Assembly (NCBI GenBank): GCA_965140415.1
Contig: OZ223209.1
Coordinates: 1,152,001-1,216,000, forward strand
Length of the DNA: 64,000 nucleotides
Direction of reading: 5' to 3'
Source of the DNA: Myxococcota bacterium
Lineage (GTDB): Bacteria; Myxococcota_A; SURF-8
Below, in pieces: positions 18,361-28,910 of this stretch. Each line of letters opens with the position of its first letter. Within the stretch, counting starts at the first letter, position 1. The notes beneath the pieces are model-generated. The model saw only the letters and a program-made list of their open reading frames with translations, was not told where the DNA came from and ran no database searches. The position numbers were made by a program, and so were the translations under genes.

Positions 18361-20018
18361 TCTTGATCCTCCTTGCCGTCTCCCGGAAGTCCTTCAGCAT
18401 GCCAAGTTTCAACCTGAAGATTCACCTCACGGATGAAGGTGACGAAATCCGCGTATGGTTCATCTATATTATTCATCAAACCGACATTATGGCCATCGAA
18501 AAATCCATCAGACGGATTGTCGAACCATTTATACCAATGGTAGGCCACAGCATAGGGACGGCGCATGAAGCTCTCCACGTACACATCGTAGGCCAGCGCC
18601 CGATCCTTCTGGGTTTCGAAAACGAAGTCATCCATGAAATTTAGAAGTCCGGAATCCTTCGCCCGGAAGGAGAACTCCTCAATGAGAATGGGTTTTTCCA
18701 GTTCCGGCCAGAGAGCATCCAGTTCGTCGACCCAATTTTCCTGATAACCTGCCATGGAAACCACGTCGAAATGCCGGGCAGCCGCTTTAACCATATTATC
18801 CCCAGGGTACCACGCAAAACGGCAGCCCAGAATGAGGTGATTCGTTTCCGCTGCTCGCAATCCCGCCACGGCAATTGTGGCGTATCGGTGAAAGGTGTGA
18901 ACCATGAATTCTTCGGTCACGCTTTCGGCTTCAGCCGTCTCGGGTTCGAAGTTATCGGATATCAGGCCAGGCAGATCATCCCAACTCGCCAGTGTCGTTC
19001 CCCATGTCGCGTTGAACTTATCAAGATCGACAGCGGCCTCCTTCACGAATCGTAACACCTCAACCCGACCTGGCGCATCCACAGGGAAGTCCACATAGAG
19101 TTGAATCAGGGTTTCATCTGTCCGCCAGTCCGGTCCCCAAACAAGCTCATTGTCCAGGAAAAAGCCAAGCAGATTCTTGTCTTCGGCAAGAGGCGCTGCG
19201 CCATTGACAGCTACCGAATAGGCATGATCTTCAAATCCCTGTGACCAGTAATCCGCCACGGGATCTTCCGGATTGTAGCGCGGCGCCCACATACCCGAAT
19301 TGAGAATCGGCTCGGCGTGTGTGTTTCGATCCACTATGGAACGGCTGCTCCATGGACCGATGGTGTTGAATTTCCAATCATGCAATCGATCCAGGGAAGC
19401 ATCGATCCAGGCTTCTTCATCTCCGTATTTATCCACAAGGATCTGGTGGTATTCGTCGTCTCGAAGATTCGAGCCCTGATAATTGACATCCGTAACACCC
19501 TTGGACACCAGCGGATACCCATCCGGCGTGATGAACCACCAGCGGCCATCAATCTTCTTCACCCGGAAATACTCACCAGGATCAGGCTCGCCGAAAGATT
19601 CAGGTGCATTCATCCAGCCGCCGTAAGGATCGAGTTGAACAGTCAGTCCGGCATTTTCGATTCGTAGCTCGTTCAAGCGGGTACGGTAGGCTTTTTCGGT
19701 TTCCGTTTCAGTTTCATTGGCCACACAACGTCCGGCTTCGCAATTCCAACCGTTTTCAGCACAGTCAGCGACGGCCCTCCATTCTCCATCTCGGCAAACC
19801 GTCAGGGAAGCGCCTTCACATCCAATCTGCCCATTCACGCAGGTAGTGGTTTCACTGTCACCATCGGATTGCGCACCGTCCATATCGCCGTCGATGGTTG
19901 GACGTTCTGCGTCCGAATCTCCGTCAGTGGATGACATGCCGGAATCACCGGACGTGCTGCTGCATGAGATATGCAGGAATACGATGGCCAGAAGGACTGC
20001 CAGTGATCTTAAGGTCAT
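18357..20018 (-). CDS. GH50/beta-agarase-like glycoside hydrolase lipoprotein (copy 2)
   Basis: GRWWFITPDG, FNTIGPWS, FLDNELVWG, KPILIEEFSF and YHWYKWFD motifs. Lipobox HISC. GGAG RBS before ATG 20018. Confidence 0.8.
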   Translation of the reverse strand: MTLRSLAVLLAIVFLHISCSSTSGDSGMSSTDGDSDAERPTIDGDMDGAQSDGDSETTTCVNGQIGCEGASLTVCRDGEWRAVADCAENGWNCEAGRCVANETETETEKAYRTRLNELRIENAGLTVQLDPYGGWMNAPESFGEPDPGEYFRVKKIDGRWWFITPDGYPLVSKGVTDVNYQGSNLRDDEYHQILVDKYGDEEAWIDASLDRLHDWKFNTIGPWSSRSIVDRNTHAEPILNSGMWAPRYNPEDPVADYWSQGFEDHAYSVAVNGAAPLAEDKNLLGFFLDNELVWGPDWRTDETLIQLYVDFPVDAPGRVEVLRFVKEAAVDLDKFNATWGTTLASWDDLPGLISDNFEPETAEAESVTEEFMVHTFHRYATIAVAGLRAAETNHLILGCRFAWYPGDNMVKAAARHFDVVSMAGYQENWVDELDALWPELEKPILIEEFSFRAKDSGLLNFMDDFVFETQKDRALAYDVYVESFMRRPYAVAYHWYKWFDNPSDGFFDGHNVGLMNNIDEPYADFVTFIREVNLQVETWHAEGLPGDGKEDQE

Positions 20019-20049
20019 GATAAAAGCTCCTATTATTAACCCGGTTTTA

Positions 20050-21750
20050 TTATCGAGTTTCCGGGACGCCTTCGGCATGCCAGATTTCGGCTTGGAAGTT
20101 CACCTCGCGGATGTACGTCACGAAATCCTGGTAAGGATCGTCATTGCTGTTCATCAGGCCGAAGTTGTCTCCCGCGATGAAACCGTCTGTGGGATTGTCA
20201 AACCATTTATACCAATGGTAGGCCACCGCATACGGACGGCGTATGAAACTTTCCACGTACGTATCAAATGCCAGCGCCCGGTCTTTCTGGGTCTCAACCA
20301 CAATGGCGTAGTTCATGATGTTGGGAAGTCCAGAATCCTTTGCCTTGAAGGAAAACTCTTCGATGAGAAAAGGTCTGTCCGTCTCCGGATAAACGGCATC
20401 CAGTTCGTCAACCCAATTTTTGTGGTACCCTGCCATAGAAATGACGTCAAACACCTTTCCGGCTGCACGGACGAGGGCATCGCCGGGATACCAGGCAAAG
20501 CGGCAGCCAAGAATCAGGTGGTTCGAATCTACGGCACGTAAGCCCGCAATGGCAATGCTTGCATAGCGATTGAAGGCAAGAACGCTGAAGTCTTCTGAAA
20601 CCGCTTTGGCATTGTCTGTATCGGGTGAGAGATCGCTGGATGTAAGGATAGGCAGATCGTCCCAGCTTCCTAGCGTTGTTCCCCAGGTTGAGTTGAATTC
20701 CTCAAGGCTTGCCGCCTGTTCCTTTATGAAGTGTAACGCCTCAACCCTGCCCGGAGCCTCAGCCGGAAAATCGAGGTAGGCCTGCAACATGGTTTTATCT
20801 GTTCGCCAATCCGCTCCCCAGAACAGTTCGTTATCCAGGAAATACCCGATCAAAAACTCGTCATTGACATGCGGCGTCGCCCGATCAATGGCGACCTGAC
20901 GCGCGTTTTGCGAAAAACCCTCTGACCAGTAATCAGTGACGAAATCGCTCTCTGGGTAGCGGGGCGAATGGCCGGCGGAATCCATGATCGGCTCGGCATG
21001 TGGCATGCGAGTAACCATCGATTCGCCACTCCACGGCCCCACGTTGTTGAATGACCATTCCTTGAGTCGCGCCAGCGAGGCATCCGCCCAGGTTTCTTCA
21101 TCACCATATTTGTCGACGAGGATTTGATGGAAGGGGTCGTCGGAAAAATTAGGACCGAGATAGTTTACATCCGTAACACCTTTGGAGATAAAGGGATACC
21201 CATCCGGAGTGATAAACCACCAGCGGCCATCAATCTTCTTCACCCGGAAATACTCACCAGGATCAGGCTCGCCGAAAGATTCAGGTGCATTCATCCAGCC
21301 GCCGTAAGGATCGAGTTGAACAGTCAGTCCGGCATTTTTGATTCGCAGTTCGTTCAGGCGGGTGCGGTAGGCAACTTCGGTTTCCGTTTCCTCTCCCGAT
21401 GCAATGCATTGGCCGTTTTGACACGTCCAGCCATTTTGGGCGCAGTCAGCTATAACCAGCCATTCTCCAGTGTGGCAAATCGTGAGAGAGGAGCCTTCAC
21501 ATCCGATCTGGTCGTTCACGCAGGTGGCGTTCTCCTCATCGCCATCGGTTTGTGCCCCGTGGTCAATATCACCATCTGGGGAAGCATCCATCTCCGTGTC
21601 CAGTTCGCTCTCGCCATCACCGTCGATGGCAGGAAGGTCCACCTCCGCGTCACCGTCCACCCCCGAGATACCGGGATCATTGGATGTGCTGCTGCATGAA
21701 ACAGGCAGAAATACGATGACCAGAAGGACTGCCAGGGATTTAAAAGTCAC
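20050..21750 (-). CDS. GH50/beta-agarase-like glycoside hydrolase lipoprotein (copy 1)
   Basis: Collinear paralogue of the downstream gene with the same motifs. Lipobox PVSC. Confidence 0.8.
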   Translation of the reverse strand: MTFKSLAVLLVIVFLPVSCSSTSNDPGISGVDGDAEVDLPAIDGDGESELDTEMDASPDGDIDHGAQTDGDEENATCVNDQIGCEGSSLTICHTGEWLVIADCAQNGWTCQNGQCIASGEETETEVAYRTRLNELRIKNAGLTVQLDPYGGWMNAPESFGEPDPGEYFRVKKIDGRWWFITPDGYPFISKGVTDVNYLGPNFSDDPFHQILVDKYGDEETWADASLARLKEWSFNNVGPWSGESMVTRMPHAEPIMDSAGHSPRYPESDFVTDYWSEGFSQNARQVAIDRATPHVNDEFLIGYFLDNELFWGADWRTDKTMLQAYLDFPAEAPGRVEALHFIKEQAASLEEFNSTWGTTLGSWDDLPILTSSDLSPDTDNAKAVSEDFSVLAFNRYASIAIAGLRAVDSNHLILGCRFAWYPGDALVRAAGKVFDVISMAGYHKNWVDELDAVYPETDRPFLIEEFSFKAKDSGLPNIMNYAIVVETQKDRALAFDTYVESFIRRPYAVAYHWYKWFDNPTDGFIAGDNFGLMNSNDDPYQDFVTYIREVNFQAEIWHAEGVPETR

Positions 21751-21768
21751 AACAAAAACTCCTTTGAG

Positions 21769-24147
21769 CTATGGCTGCTCTTTCATAACGACGACGAGTT
21801 CGCCGCCGTCGCGGATCATGGGCCAGGTCAGGATTGGACGCGCTAATACCTCCCCATTGAAGCGGTATTCGACGGGCACGACATTGCCTTCAAGAGGCCC
21901 TTCTGCGCGAATGACCAACACGCCTTCGGCAAGCTGGATTTCTGCTTTGCGTACTCTCGGACAGGCCAGCCAGTAATCGTCCGTTCCGGGATTCGGATAA
22001 AATCCCAACATGGAAAAGACCAGCCAGGCCGAAAGCGTTCCGACATCATCGTTGCCGGGCAGACCGTCCGGCGTGCTGTTGTAATGCGTGTCCATCACCC
22101 AACGGACGGTCCGGCAGGCCAGATCGGGACGCCCTACTGATGAAAACAGATAGGCCGTGTGCAGGCTCGGTTCGTTTCCGTGCCAATAGTAGAGGCGGTT
22201 GCCGCCGATGACTTCCGGATCGTCGGGAAGGGATTCGAATTCATCTCGTGAGAGCTCGAAGAAGTTTGACAGCCGTTCGGTGAAGCTCTCCGGCCCGCCG
22301 TTCATTTCAATCAGCCCCTGTGCGTCGTGGGGAGCGAAGAACAGGTAATGCCAGGGATTCCCTTCTGTGAATGCAGAGTTCTTCCCGTCCAGCACGTTCG
22401 GTGGTATGGATTCCGGCGAGAAATCCGGCCAAGCCGAGCCACCATCCGCGTTCAAAGGCAAAAAGAACGCGTGTTCCTCATCCCAAATATTCCGATGGTT
22501 GAACCGCGTCTGGCATACCAGTTCGGCGTCTTCCGTGCGTCCGAGCCGCGTTGCCATCTCGCAGAGTGCCTCGTCAGCGACGGCGTATTCCTGGGTCTTG
22601 GATACCGAGCCGCTTTCAGCGTCTGCCGGGATGTATCCGATATCCAGATGTTCCGAAAAACTTTCGCGACCGAAATAACCGGAACCCGGTTCTGTGGGAG
22701 CACGCACTGTTAGCATACTGAAATCGAGTGCTTCATCGAAAGGAAAAACGAGTCCTTTCAGGTAGCTGTCCGCAATCACAATGTCGGCGGGTGTACCTAC
22801 CATAATGTTGGTTTCGCCATTGGCGAAGGCCCATTTGGGGAAGTAGCCGCCCTGACGGGCCATATTGAGCAGGGAATACACCATCTCAAGCTGATATTCC
22901 GGGTAGATAATGGTCAACAGCGGATGCTGGGTCCGATAGGTATCCCACAAGCTGAAATCCGAGTAATACCGACTCTGTTCGGTTTCATGCAGTTGGCCGT
23001 CGAAGCCTAGATAACTTCTATCCACATCGCTCATGAGTGTGGGCATGAGCAATGTGCGATAAAGTGCGCTATAAAACTGCCGTCGGATATTATCGCTTTC
23101 GCTGTCAATGCGGATGCGGGAAAGCAACCTGCGCCATTGATCCTGTCCTTCGGCAAGAACGGAATCAAAGTTAGAGTCAGACGTTTCTGTCTCCAGGTTG
23201 ATGTCTGCACCATCTGCTGAGGCGAAAGACATTCCGACCTGTATTTCCAGACTATCCGCATCTTCATAACAGAGTAAAGCGCCGAGCGTTATCGAACCTT
23301 CGGCTGAAAGGCGGTTTTCCTCAAGACCCGCGGAGTTCCAAGTTGCGACATAGTCCGGGTTCGGAGGAAACGCACCGGAAGCGTACATGGTCAATCCTCC
23401 GATTTCGAAAGAAAACCCACCGATCTGAAGAAATGTGGCCGTGAAGCGTCCGTCTTCCTGGTCAAGGTCAATCCTGGCATCCGTGATAATGTTATTCGGC
23501 AAGGCGTGGGCGACATCGATCAGCACGCAGCGCAGATCGTTTGATTCTGTTGGAAATGAATACCGGTGCCAAGCCACGCGATCCGAGGCGGTAAGCTCCA
23601 CTCGGATACCGTCCTCCAGTGTAACGGCGTAATATGCGGGGCTAACCGTCTCGCTACTCTTATCGAAACGGGTTCTGTAGTTCTGATCCGAGAATCCTGA
23701 AATCACGCGCCCTAATTGCGGCAACATCAGGATATGGCCGTAGCTCGTAACGCCCACTCCGTGCATGTGGGTCTGGGAAAATCCGGCTATCCAGTCATCG
23801 TGATAATAGTAACCGGCGTGATGCAGCGGGTCCGGTGTCCCATCGGTTCCTTGTGTGTCTGGCGATGGTTTCACCATGCCAAACGGACGCGTCGCGCCGG
23901 GGGTGCCGTTGCCGCCGCCCCAGAAACCGTAGCCTCCGGTTCCGATCAGCGGGTCCACCCAGTCCAGGGAGAACCAGGAGTCCGCATTGTTTTCCTCTTC
24001 TTCCCCTTCGGCTTCGCTTTCTATATCGCCATCGGGGGAGGATTCCTTATCTCCATCAGTATGGCTTTGGCCCGCTTCATTTGTACAACCGAAACAAACG
24101 AAAAAAACGACCAGCACAACAAGATTTATTGATGTCTGAAATATCAT
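21769..24147 (-). CDS. GH92 alpha-mannosidase family lipoprotein
   Basis: VDPLIGTG, PGATRPFGMVKPSPDT, FSQTHMHGVG, FSLWDTYRTQHPL, EGNPWHY, HGNEPSLH and PGNDDVGTLSAW motifs. Confidence 0.93.
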   Translation of the reverse strand: MIFQTSINLVVLVVFFVCFGCTNEAGQSHTDGDKESSPDGDIESEAEGEEEENNADSWFSLDWVDPLIGTGGYGFWGGGNGTPGATRPFGMVKPSPDTQGTDGTPDPLHHAGYYYHDDWIAGFSQTHMHGVGVTSYGHILMLPQLGRVISGFSDQNYRTRFDKSSETVSPAYYAVTLEDGIRVELTASDRVAWHRYSFPTESNDLRCVLIDVAHALPNNIITDARIDLDQEDGRFTATFLQIGGFSFEIGGLTMYASGAFPPNPDYVATWNSAGLEENRLSAEGSITLGALLCYEDADSLEIQVGMSFASADGADINLETETSDSNFDSVLAEGQDQWRRLLSRIRIDSESDNIRRQFYSALYRTLLMPTLMSDVDRSYLGFDGQLHETEQSRYYSDFSLWDTYRTQHPLLTIIYPEYQLEMVYSLLNMARQGGYFPKWAFANGETNIMVGTPADIVIADSYLKGLVFPFDEALDFSMLTVRAPTEPGSGYFGRESFSEHLDIGYIPADAESGSVSKTQEYAVADEALCEMATRLGRTEDAELVCQTRFNHRNIWDEEHAFFLPLNADGGSAWPDFSPESIPPNVLDGKNSAFTEGNPWHYLFFAPHDAQGLIEMNGGPESFTERLSNFFELSRDEFESLPDDPEVIGGNRLYYWHGNEPSLHTAYLFSSVGRPDLACRTVRWVMDTHYNSTPDGLPGNDDVGTLSAWLVFSMLGFYPNPGTDDYWLACPRVRKAEIQLAEGVLVIRAEGPLEGNVVPVEYRFNGEVLARPILTWPMIRDGGELVVVMKEQP

Positions 24148-25526
24148 TCAAGCCATCCTAAACTTTCCAGCGCTTGCCATGCACAGGGACCGGAAGACAT
24201 TCCAAGACCGGTCTTGGCTTCATATCCCTCCAGTCGACCCGACGTGTCAGCTTCGACGGATTCCGGATCGAGGATATAACCAATAGAATCATCGGCAAGA
24301 CCGACTGTGAAACGAAACGGCCCGCTCATCCTTTCCCGCGCGGCCAGGGAGTATTCCGGGCTTGGCTCACCTGGAAAGACGACGAACTCGGCATCTCCGA
24401 GCCTGTGTAGGGAAATGGGGATTTCCGACACGATCATTCTATCATCGTCTTCAATGACCGTGCGTTTGGGCATACCCAGAAGGCGGTATGTGTCCACGAG
24501 GTAGGAGTCCCGCGCTTCGCAGGAGTAGAGGGTCGAATTATGCCGGATGTCGAATCGGTTCGACGGCTCGAACTCGTCAGTCTTGGCTAGCACGGCATCG
24601 GTGAGGGCGCTACCCACCAGCCATGCGTCGTCCCACATGGTTTCTTCCGGGGAGAAGGTGTACGGTCCATGCACGGCAGCAATGAATCCCTGGAGGAACA
24701 TGGCCGGGGCGGCGGTATTTTCCTTCATGGTTTCCCGAAAACCCCAGAGGAAATCGGCTGAGGCGAGAGTGTTCGACTCCGGCAACACCGTGGGATGCTT
24801 GGCGAAATTGATGATGGTGAGCAGAACCTCGTTCTCCGGTGAGCGAGCTTGGGCGACACTCAGCGTGTTGTCGAGAACCGGTGAGCAGTTTTCGTCGCGT
24901 CCGGTATAGCCATTCAGTTCCGTTTCTCCGAAAAACAGAGTGACTTCGCTAAGCTCTTCCGCTGCCTTTATGGCCAGATCGGTCAAGGTTACACGCATGA
25001 ATTCCAACAGTTCCTTATCCACACCCTCACCGATATCCTGGTAGAGCCCTCCGAGATCCGTAGAGGCATGGCTATGGCTGCTGGTGATGACGATCTGGTC
25101 GGGTGAAGTGATCAATCCGCCGGGACTTTTTTCGATGATAGAATATTTTACGTCCCTGATGCCCGGCCCCCATTCGCCGAACTCCCAGCAATACATTGTG
25201 CTATCCAGGCTTATAATAAGAATAGCTTCTCCGGCTCCGTTGGTGAATAACGCCGCTTGCGCAAGCAAGGGGTCGTGGACGCCAGTAGCCGCCCGGTGTT
25301 GGCCTGGAAGACCGAATCCGCCTAAGATAACACCTTCGTCGGGGCTGATGTCCGCCTCGGCATAACCAAGCATGAAACCGCTGGTTTGTTCGGGTTGGTC
25401 GGTCATCTCGGAGTCTTGATCTCCATCGCTGCCAAGAGTTTGTTCGTTATGCGTTTCTTCGCATCCTGCGACAACCAGAATGGTAAAAATCGATAACAGC
25501 AAAATCATTTTCTGGTTGAGATTCAT
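24144..25526 (-). CDS. Neutral/alkaline ceramidase-like metallo-amidase lipoprotein
   Basis: GYAEADISP, GVHDPL, SSHSHAS, NFAKHPT, SADF and FPGEP motifs. Lipobox VAGC. Confidence 0.7.
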   Translation of the reverse strand: MNLNQKMILLLSIFTILVVAGCEETHNEQTLGSDGDQDSEMTDQPEQTSGFMLGYAEADISPDEGVILGGFGLPGQHRAATGVHDPLLAQAALFTNGAGEAILIISLDSTMYCWEFGEWGPGIRDVKYSIIEKSPGGLITSPDQIVITSSHSHASTDLGGLYQDIGEGVDKELLEFMRVTLTDLAIKAAEELSEVTLFFGETELNGYTGRDENCSPVLDNTLSVAQARSPENEVLLTIINFAKHPTVLPESNTLASADFLWGFRETMKENTAAPAMFLQGFIAAVHGPYTFSPEETMWDDAWLVGSALTDAVLAKTDEFEPSNRFDIRHNSTLYSCEARDSYLVDTYRLLGMPKRTVIEDDDRMIVSEIPISLHRLGDAEFVVFPGEPSPEYSLAARERMSGPFRFTVGLADDSIGYILDPESVEADTSGRLEGYEAKTGLGMSSGPCAWQALESLGWLE

Positions 25527-25547
25527 CAGAACGCCTCCTATCGTGTA

Positions 25548-25565
25548 ATGACGACTTCAGTCGCA
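25548..25565. promoter_or_regulatory. Putative TetR-type operator
   Basis: TGAC-N7-GTC containing the palindrome CGACT-tc-AGTCG, just upstream of the RBS of the 25526 gene. Resembles the sites at 38442-38473. Confidence 0.35.
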
Positions 25566-25655
25566 CCACTGGCGTTGACCATTAGGGAAACCAGCACTCG
25601 ACTTTACGATCCTGTTGATATGGTCAAGCATCGCCATGTTGCATTCCTTTCAGCC

Positions 25656-28199
25656 TCATGGACGAAGCAGCGTTTCCGCTGTTTTTTCGGCGACAATCGC
25701 CTCGCGGTCATGCGGAATCAGTCGATACTCGCCCTCTAGCCAATCATCAATCTGATCCCCAAAACCGTAGGGCATGTTGTAATAGGTCTGAAGCCTGCCA
25801 TTGCTATCGAATGTCCATAAAAGCCGATAGACCGAACCGGCGGAAGAATTGCAACGTTCCATCAGCTTTCCAGAATCCCAACAGTGGCTTTGGCTGACAT
25901 TGACCGAGGAATCGTCGCCATTCTTGTTTTCCCGCTTGATTATTTCTCCCGCAGGATTGTCGAAGACGGCTTCATGAATATCGCTCCACGTAATGTTTTC
26001 CAACTCACGAGTTGCGATGTCGGCTAAGGCATCGTCCATCGCTTCGATCATCAGCAGTTCAGAAGAAACATCGAGGAAAGTCGCGATCCGATTTCTGTGC
26101 GTATTCAGAGTGAACTTGGTCATGGTCACCGGTTGTGCATCATCAAGATCTTCAAAAACCAGCGACAGGTCATCCCCTAAAGTGCGTTTTGATAGATAGG
26201 CGTACCAGATTCTAAACAGTGCAGCTGCTTCCGAATCCCGTGTTACCATCCGATCCCATGTGGAAAGCAGATTGATCGCCTCCTGTATATCGATTCGATC
26301 TCTATATTCACTAAGGGTTTCATCTGAACCAAGCATCTGACCCGCATTGGAAAGCATTGGAATAAGACCCGCAGCCAGGTTGCTGTAGCTATCCATTTGA
26401 AGGATCTTCATATCTTGAAGGGTGATCGGTTCCGCCTCGATCATATCGTTCAACAGACCGGTAAGGCGTGTGGCGCGAAAACCCGGAGAAAAATAGCTGC
26501 CATAGTAGAACTCGTCATTAAGCGGATCATTATCGTCAGTATGCCCCCAGGGGTCGTTGTTACCGGTTACGACAAACGGACGCTGGGTGTGATCAAGGTA
26601 TGGAAGTTGCTCATCGGGAAGCACATTGCCATTCCAGAATGTGCTCGGATCGGAGCCGTCAAGAATGCGATTGGCTTGAGGTCGACCGATCCTGGGACCA
26701 CGATCAGGAATTCGTCCGTGCGCCATGAGCGTGAATCCTTCGGTGCTAGCCGCCAGCCAGTTCTGCATGCCGGAGATCTGCAAACTGGTCGCCGCTTCGA
26801 AGTCATCAAGTGTCGCCATGCGATCGTAATCCAGATATTGGAAGACTTCGTGGCTTGGGCCGAACCCGACCCAGTTCATCAGGACACTGCCTTTGGCAAA
26901 GAGAAACGATGGTATAGGCAGGATATCGTCGGGAATCAGTACACCATATCCGTCCACGCTACGAATTTCAAATGTTTCCGTATCGACCGTTCCTTCCTCC
27001 CGTTTAACCAGAATATCTTCTGAACGAGTATCGAACGGTACTTTGTTGTTTCCGATGACAACCTTACCATCGTTCGTTACACTTACATCCCAGATGTCCA
27101 TCACATCGGCAAAGTTCGTGGTTGCACCCCAGGCAACCGATGAGGTATTGCCGACATGCACTCCGGGAACCCCAGGAAAAGAGAGTCCCATTACATCAAA
27201 TTTTCCTCCTGCATCGGAGGAATTGAGATGGGCCAGGTACATATTACTTGGGTATCCATAGTGGGCGTGGGAATCGTTGGCGAGCATCGGAAAACCGCTT
27301 GCCGTGTAGTCGCCGGAAATAGCCCAATTATTGCTGCCTTCACCAAGCCGCAATATTTCTCGGTATTCAAGTAGCGCTTTTGTGAACGTTTTCAGTTCTA
27401 AACGATCCTTCTCTGACAATGCGTGTCCCACTGTATTTGAAATGCTGCGCTTTGTATTAGGATTAAAAACGGAAGTGCCCTCTGTCATGAAATAAGCCGC
27501 TCCGCCCGGCTTGTAGATGGGCAATTCATCCACGTTTGCCACCAATTTATCAAGGACGGAAGCGAGCATATCGAATTCCATGGTGCTGGAAAATCCGAAC
27601 ACCATCATGATCCCGATGGATATCAGATCCTTTTGCGTAAAGGGTTCGGGATCGAAATCATAAGATATATAGTCACTTGGACGATCGGCGCTCCCGGTTA
27701 CGATTTCATCCACGCGTCTGTTGATTCCTGCCGTATAAGCCACGACAAGCTGCCAGTCGTTCGGACGCTCGGAACTCATCAGATCAATGCTTTCCTGGGC
27801 AATGGTTGTCAATCCAATCGTGCGCATCAGCTTATCCGAGGTCAGTTTTCTCTCGCCGAGCACCTCGGCAAGTCGACCTGTTGCACGACGACGATTAACA
27901 TCCAATTGGAACAGGCGATCGACCGCAAGCTGGTATCCAGAAGCGAAAAAGAGATCGAGATCGTTCTTTGCAAAAATATGCGGCACCCCGGTTTGGTCGA
28001 AAAGAATTTCCACATCGTCACTGAGGCCATTGAAGAGTTCTACCGTTTCGGTATCCTGATCATCATCGATGTCACCATCCGGACTGGTATTGTTTTCTTC
28101 ATTACTGCTACATGCCGTGATAAGCATGAGCAAAACTAGGATGCCGATCACGTGACCAAAGCCGGATACTCGAATTTGCTTTTCTGATTTTCTCTTCAT
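25656..28199 (-). CDS. Penicillin acylase family (Ntn-hydrolase) lipoprotein
   Basis: GVPHIFA, DRLFQLD...RRATGRLAEVLG, beta-chain start GSNNWAISG, ANDSH. Lipobox ITAC. Start codon uncertain (28199 or 28235). Confidence 0.9.
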   Translation of the reverse strand: MKRKSEKQIRVSGFGHVIGILVLLMLITACSSNEENNTSPDGDIDDDQDTETVELFNGLSDDVEILFDQTGVPHIFAKNDLDLFFASGYQLAVDRLFQLDVNRRRATGRLAEVLGERKLTSDKLMRTIGLTTIAQESIDLMSSERPNDWQLVVAYTAGINRRVDEIVTGSADRPSDYISYDFDPEPFTQKDLISIGIMMVFGFSSTMEFDMLASVLDKLVANVDELPIYKPGGAAYFMTEGTSVFNPNTKRSISNTVGHALSEKDRLELKTFTKALLEYREILRLGEGSNNWAISGDYTASGFPMLANDSHAHYGYPSNMYLAHLNSSDAGGKFDVMGLSFPGVPGVHVGNTSSVAWGATTNFADVMDIWDVSVTNDGKVVIGNNKVPFDTRSEDILVKREEGTVDTETFEIRSVDGYGVLIPDDILPIPSFLFAKGSVLMNWVGFGPSHEVFQYLDYDRMATLDDFEAATSLQISGMQNWLAASTEGFTLMAHGRIPDRGPRIGRPQANRILDGSDPSTFWNGNVLPDEQLPYLDHTQRPFVVTGNNDPWGHTDDNDPLNDEFYYGSYFSPGFRATRLTGLLNDMIEAEPITLQDMKILQMDSYSNLAAGLIPMLSNAGQMLGSDETLSEYRDRIDIQEAINLLSTWDRMVTRDSEAAALFRIWYAYLSKRTLGDDLSLVFEDLDDAQPVTMTKFTLNTHRNRIATFLDVSSELLMIEAMDDALADIATRELENITWSDIHEAVFDNPAGEIIKRENKNGDDSSVNVSQSHCWDSGKLMERCNSSAGSVYRLLWTFDSNGRLQTYYNMPYGFGDQIDDWLEGEYRLIPHDREAIVAEKTAETLLRP

Positions 28200-28273
28200 A
28201 AGTAAGCCTTTTCGTTTACTGTTACTTTTCGCCAACGGATAGCTACTATCTACCTGAACTACAGGCCAATTTG

Positions 28274-28876
28274 TCAGTCTCGAAACCCATCGGCGAACAT
28301 ATCTACCAACCGTATCAAGTCTTTATCCATTGATGAGAGATTCTGAAGACAACCGCCTTCAAACCATTCTCCAAGAATCGCACGGCTGGCTCCAAGCATC
28401 GCACCTGCAACGATATCGGCCCGCCGCTTGGTTAAAAATGGCTTTCCGGTCCAGGATTGAAGGCTGGTGGAAATGATCTTCTCAAACTCGATATCCAGTT
28501 CCATATCTGAGGAGATCAACTCTTTGGAAGAGGTTACGATCCTGTATTCGTCCAGGAGTTGGTTCTTTTGCTGCTGATACTCCTTTGATATGGCTAGTAG
28601 GGCGTGTTTTAAACGGTCGAATGGATTTCCGGTACCATGCCCATTGGTCAAATATTGTTTAAGCGATTCACGGCGATAGTCGTGATTCCAGAATACAATG
28701 GCCTCTTTGGTTGTGAAATATCTGAAAAAGGTGCGCTGGGACAAGTCGGCCTGATCGACGATTTCATCGATCGTCGAAGCCTCGTATCCCTTTTCAAGAA
28801 AAAGCCGCGTGGCAACCTGGATCAAGCGGTCCCGGGTCTTGATTTTCTTTCGCTCTCGAAGTGGAAGACGTTCCAA
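28274..28876 (-). CDS. TetR/AcrR-family transcriptional regulator
   Basis: LRERKKIKTR...LFLEKGYEASTIDEIVDQADLSQRTFFRYFTTKE helix-turn-helix. Confidence 0.93.
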   Translation of the reverse strand: MERLPLRERKKIKTRDRLIQVATRLFLEKGYEASTIDEIVDQADLSQRTFFRYFTTKEAIVFWNHDYRRESLKQYLTNGHGTGNPFDRLKHALLAISKEYQQQKNQLLDEYRIVTSSKELISSDMELDIEFEKIISTSLQSWTGKPFLTKRRADIVAGAMLGASRAILGEWFEGGCLQNLSSMDKDLIRLVDMFADGFRD

Positions 28877-28910
28877 TTACTAGCTCCTTTGGGTAAAGAA
28901 TGCAAAACTC

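Noticed and set aside
19534-21338. Possible DGR template/variable repeat pair
   Set aside because: There is no reverse transcriptase, the tract is identical rather than adenine-mutated, and both copies lie inside paralogous genes.
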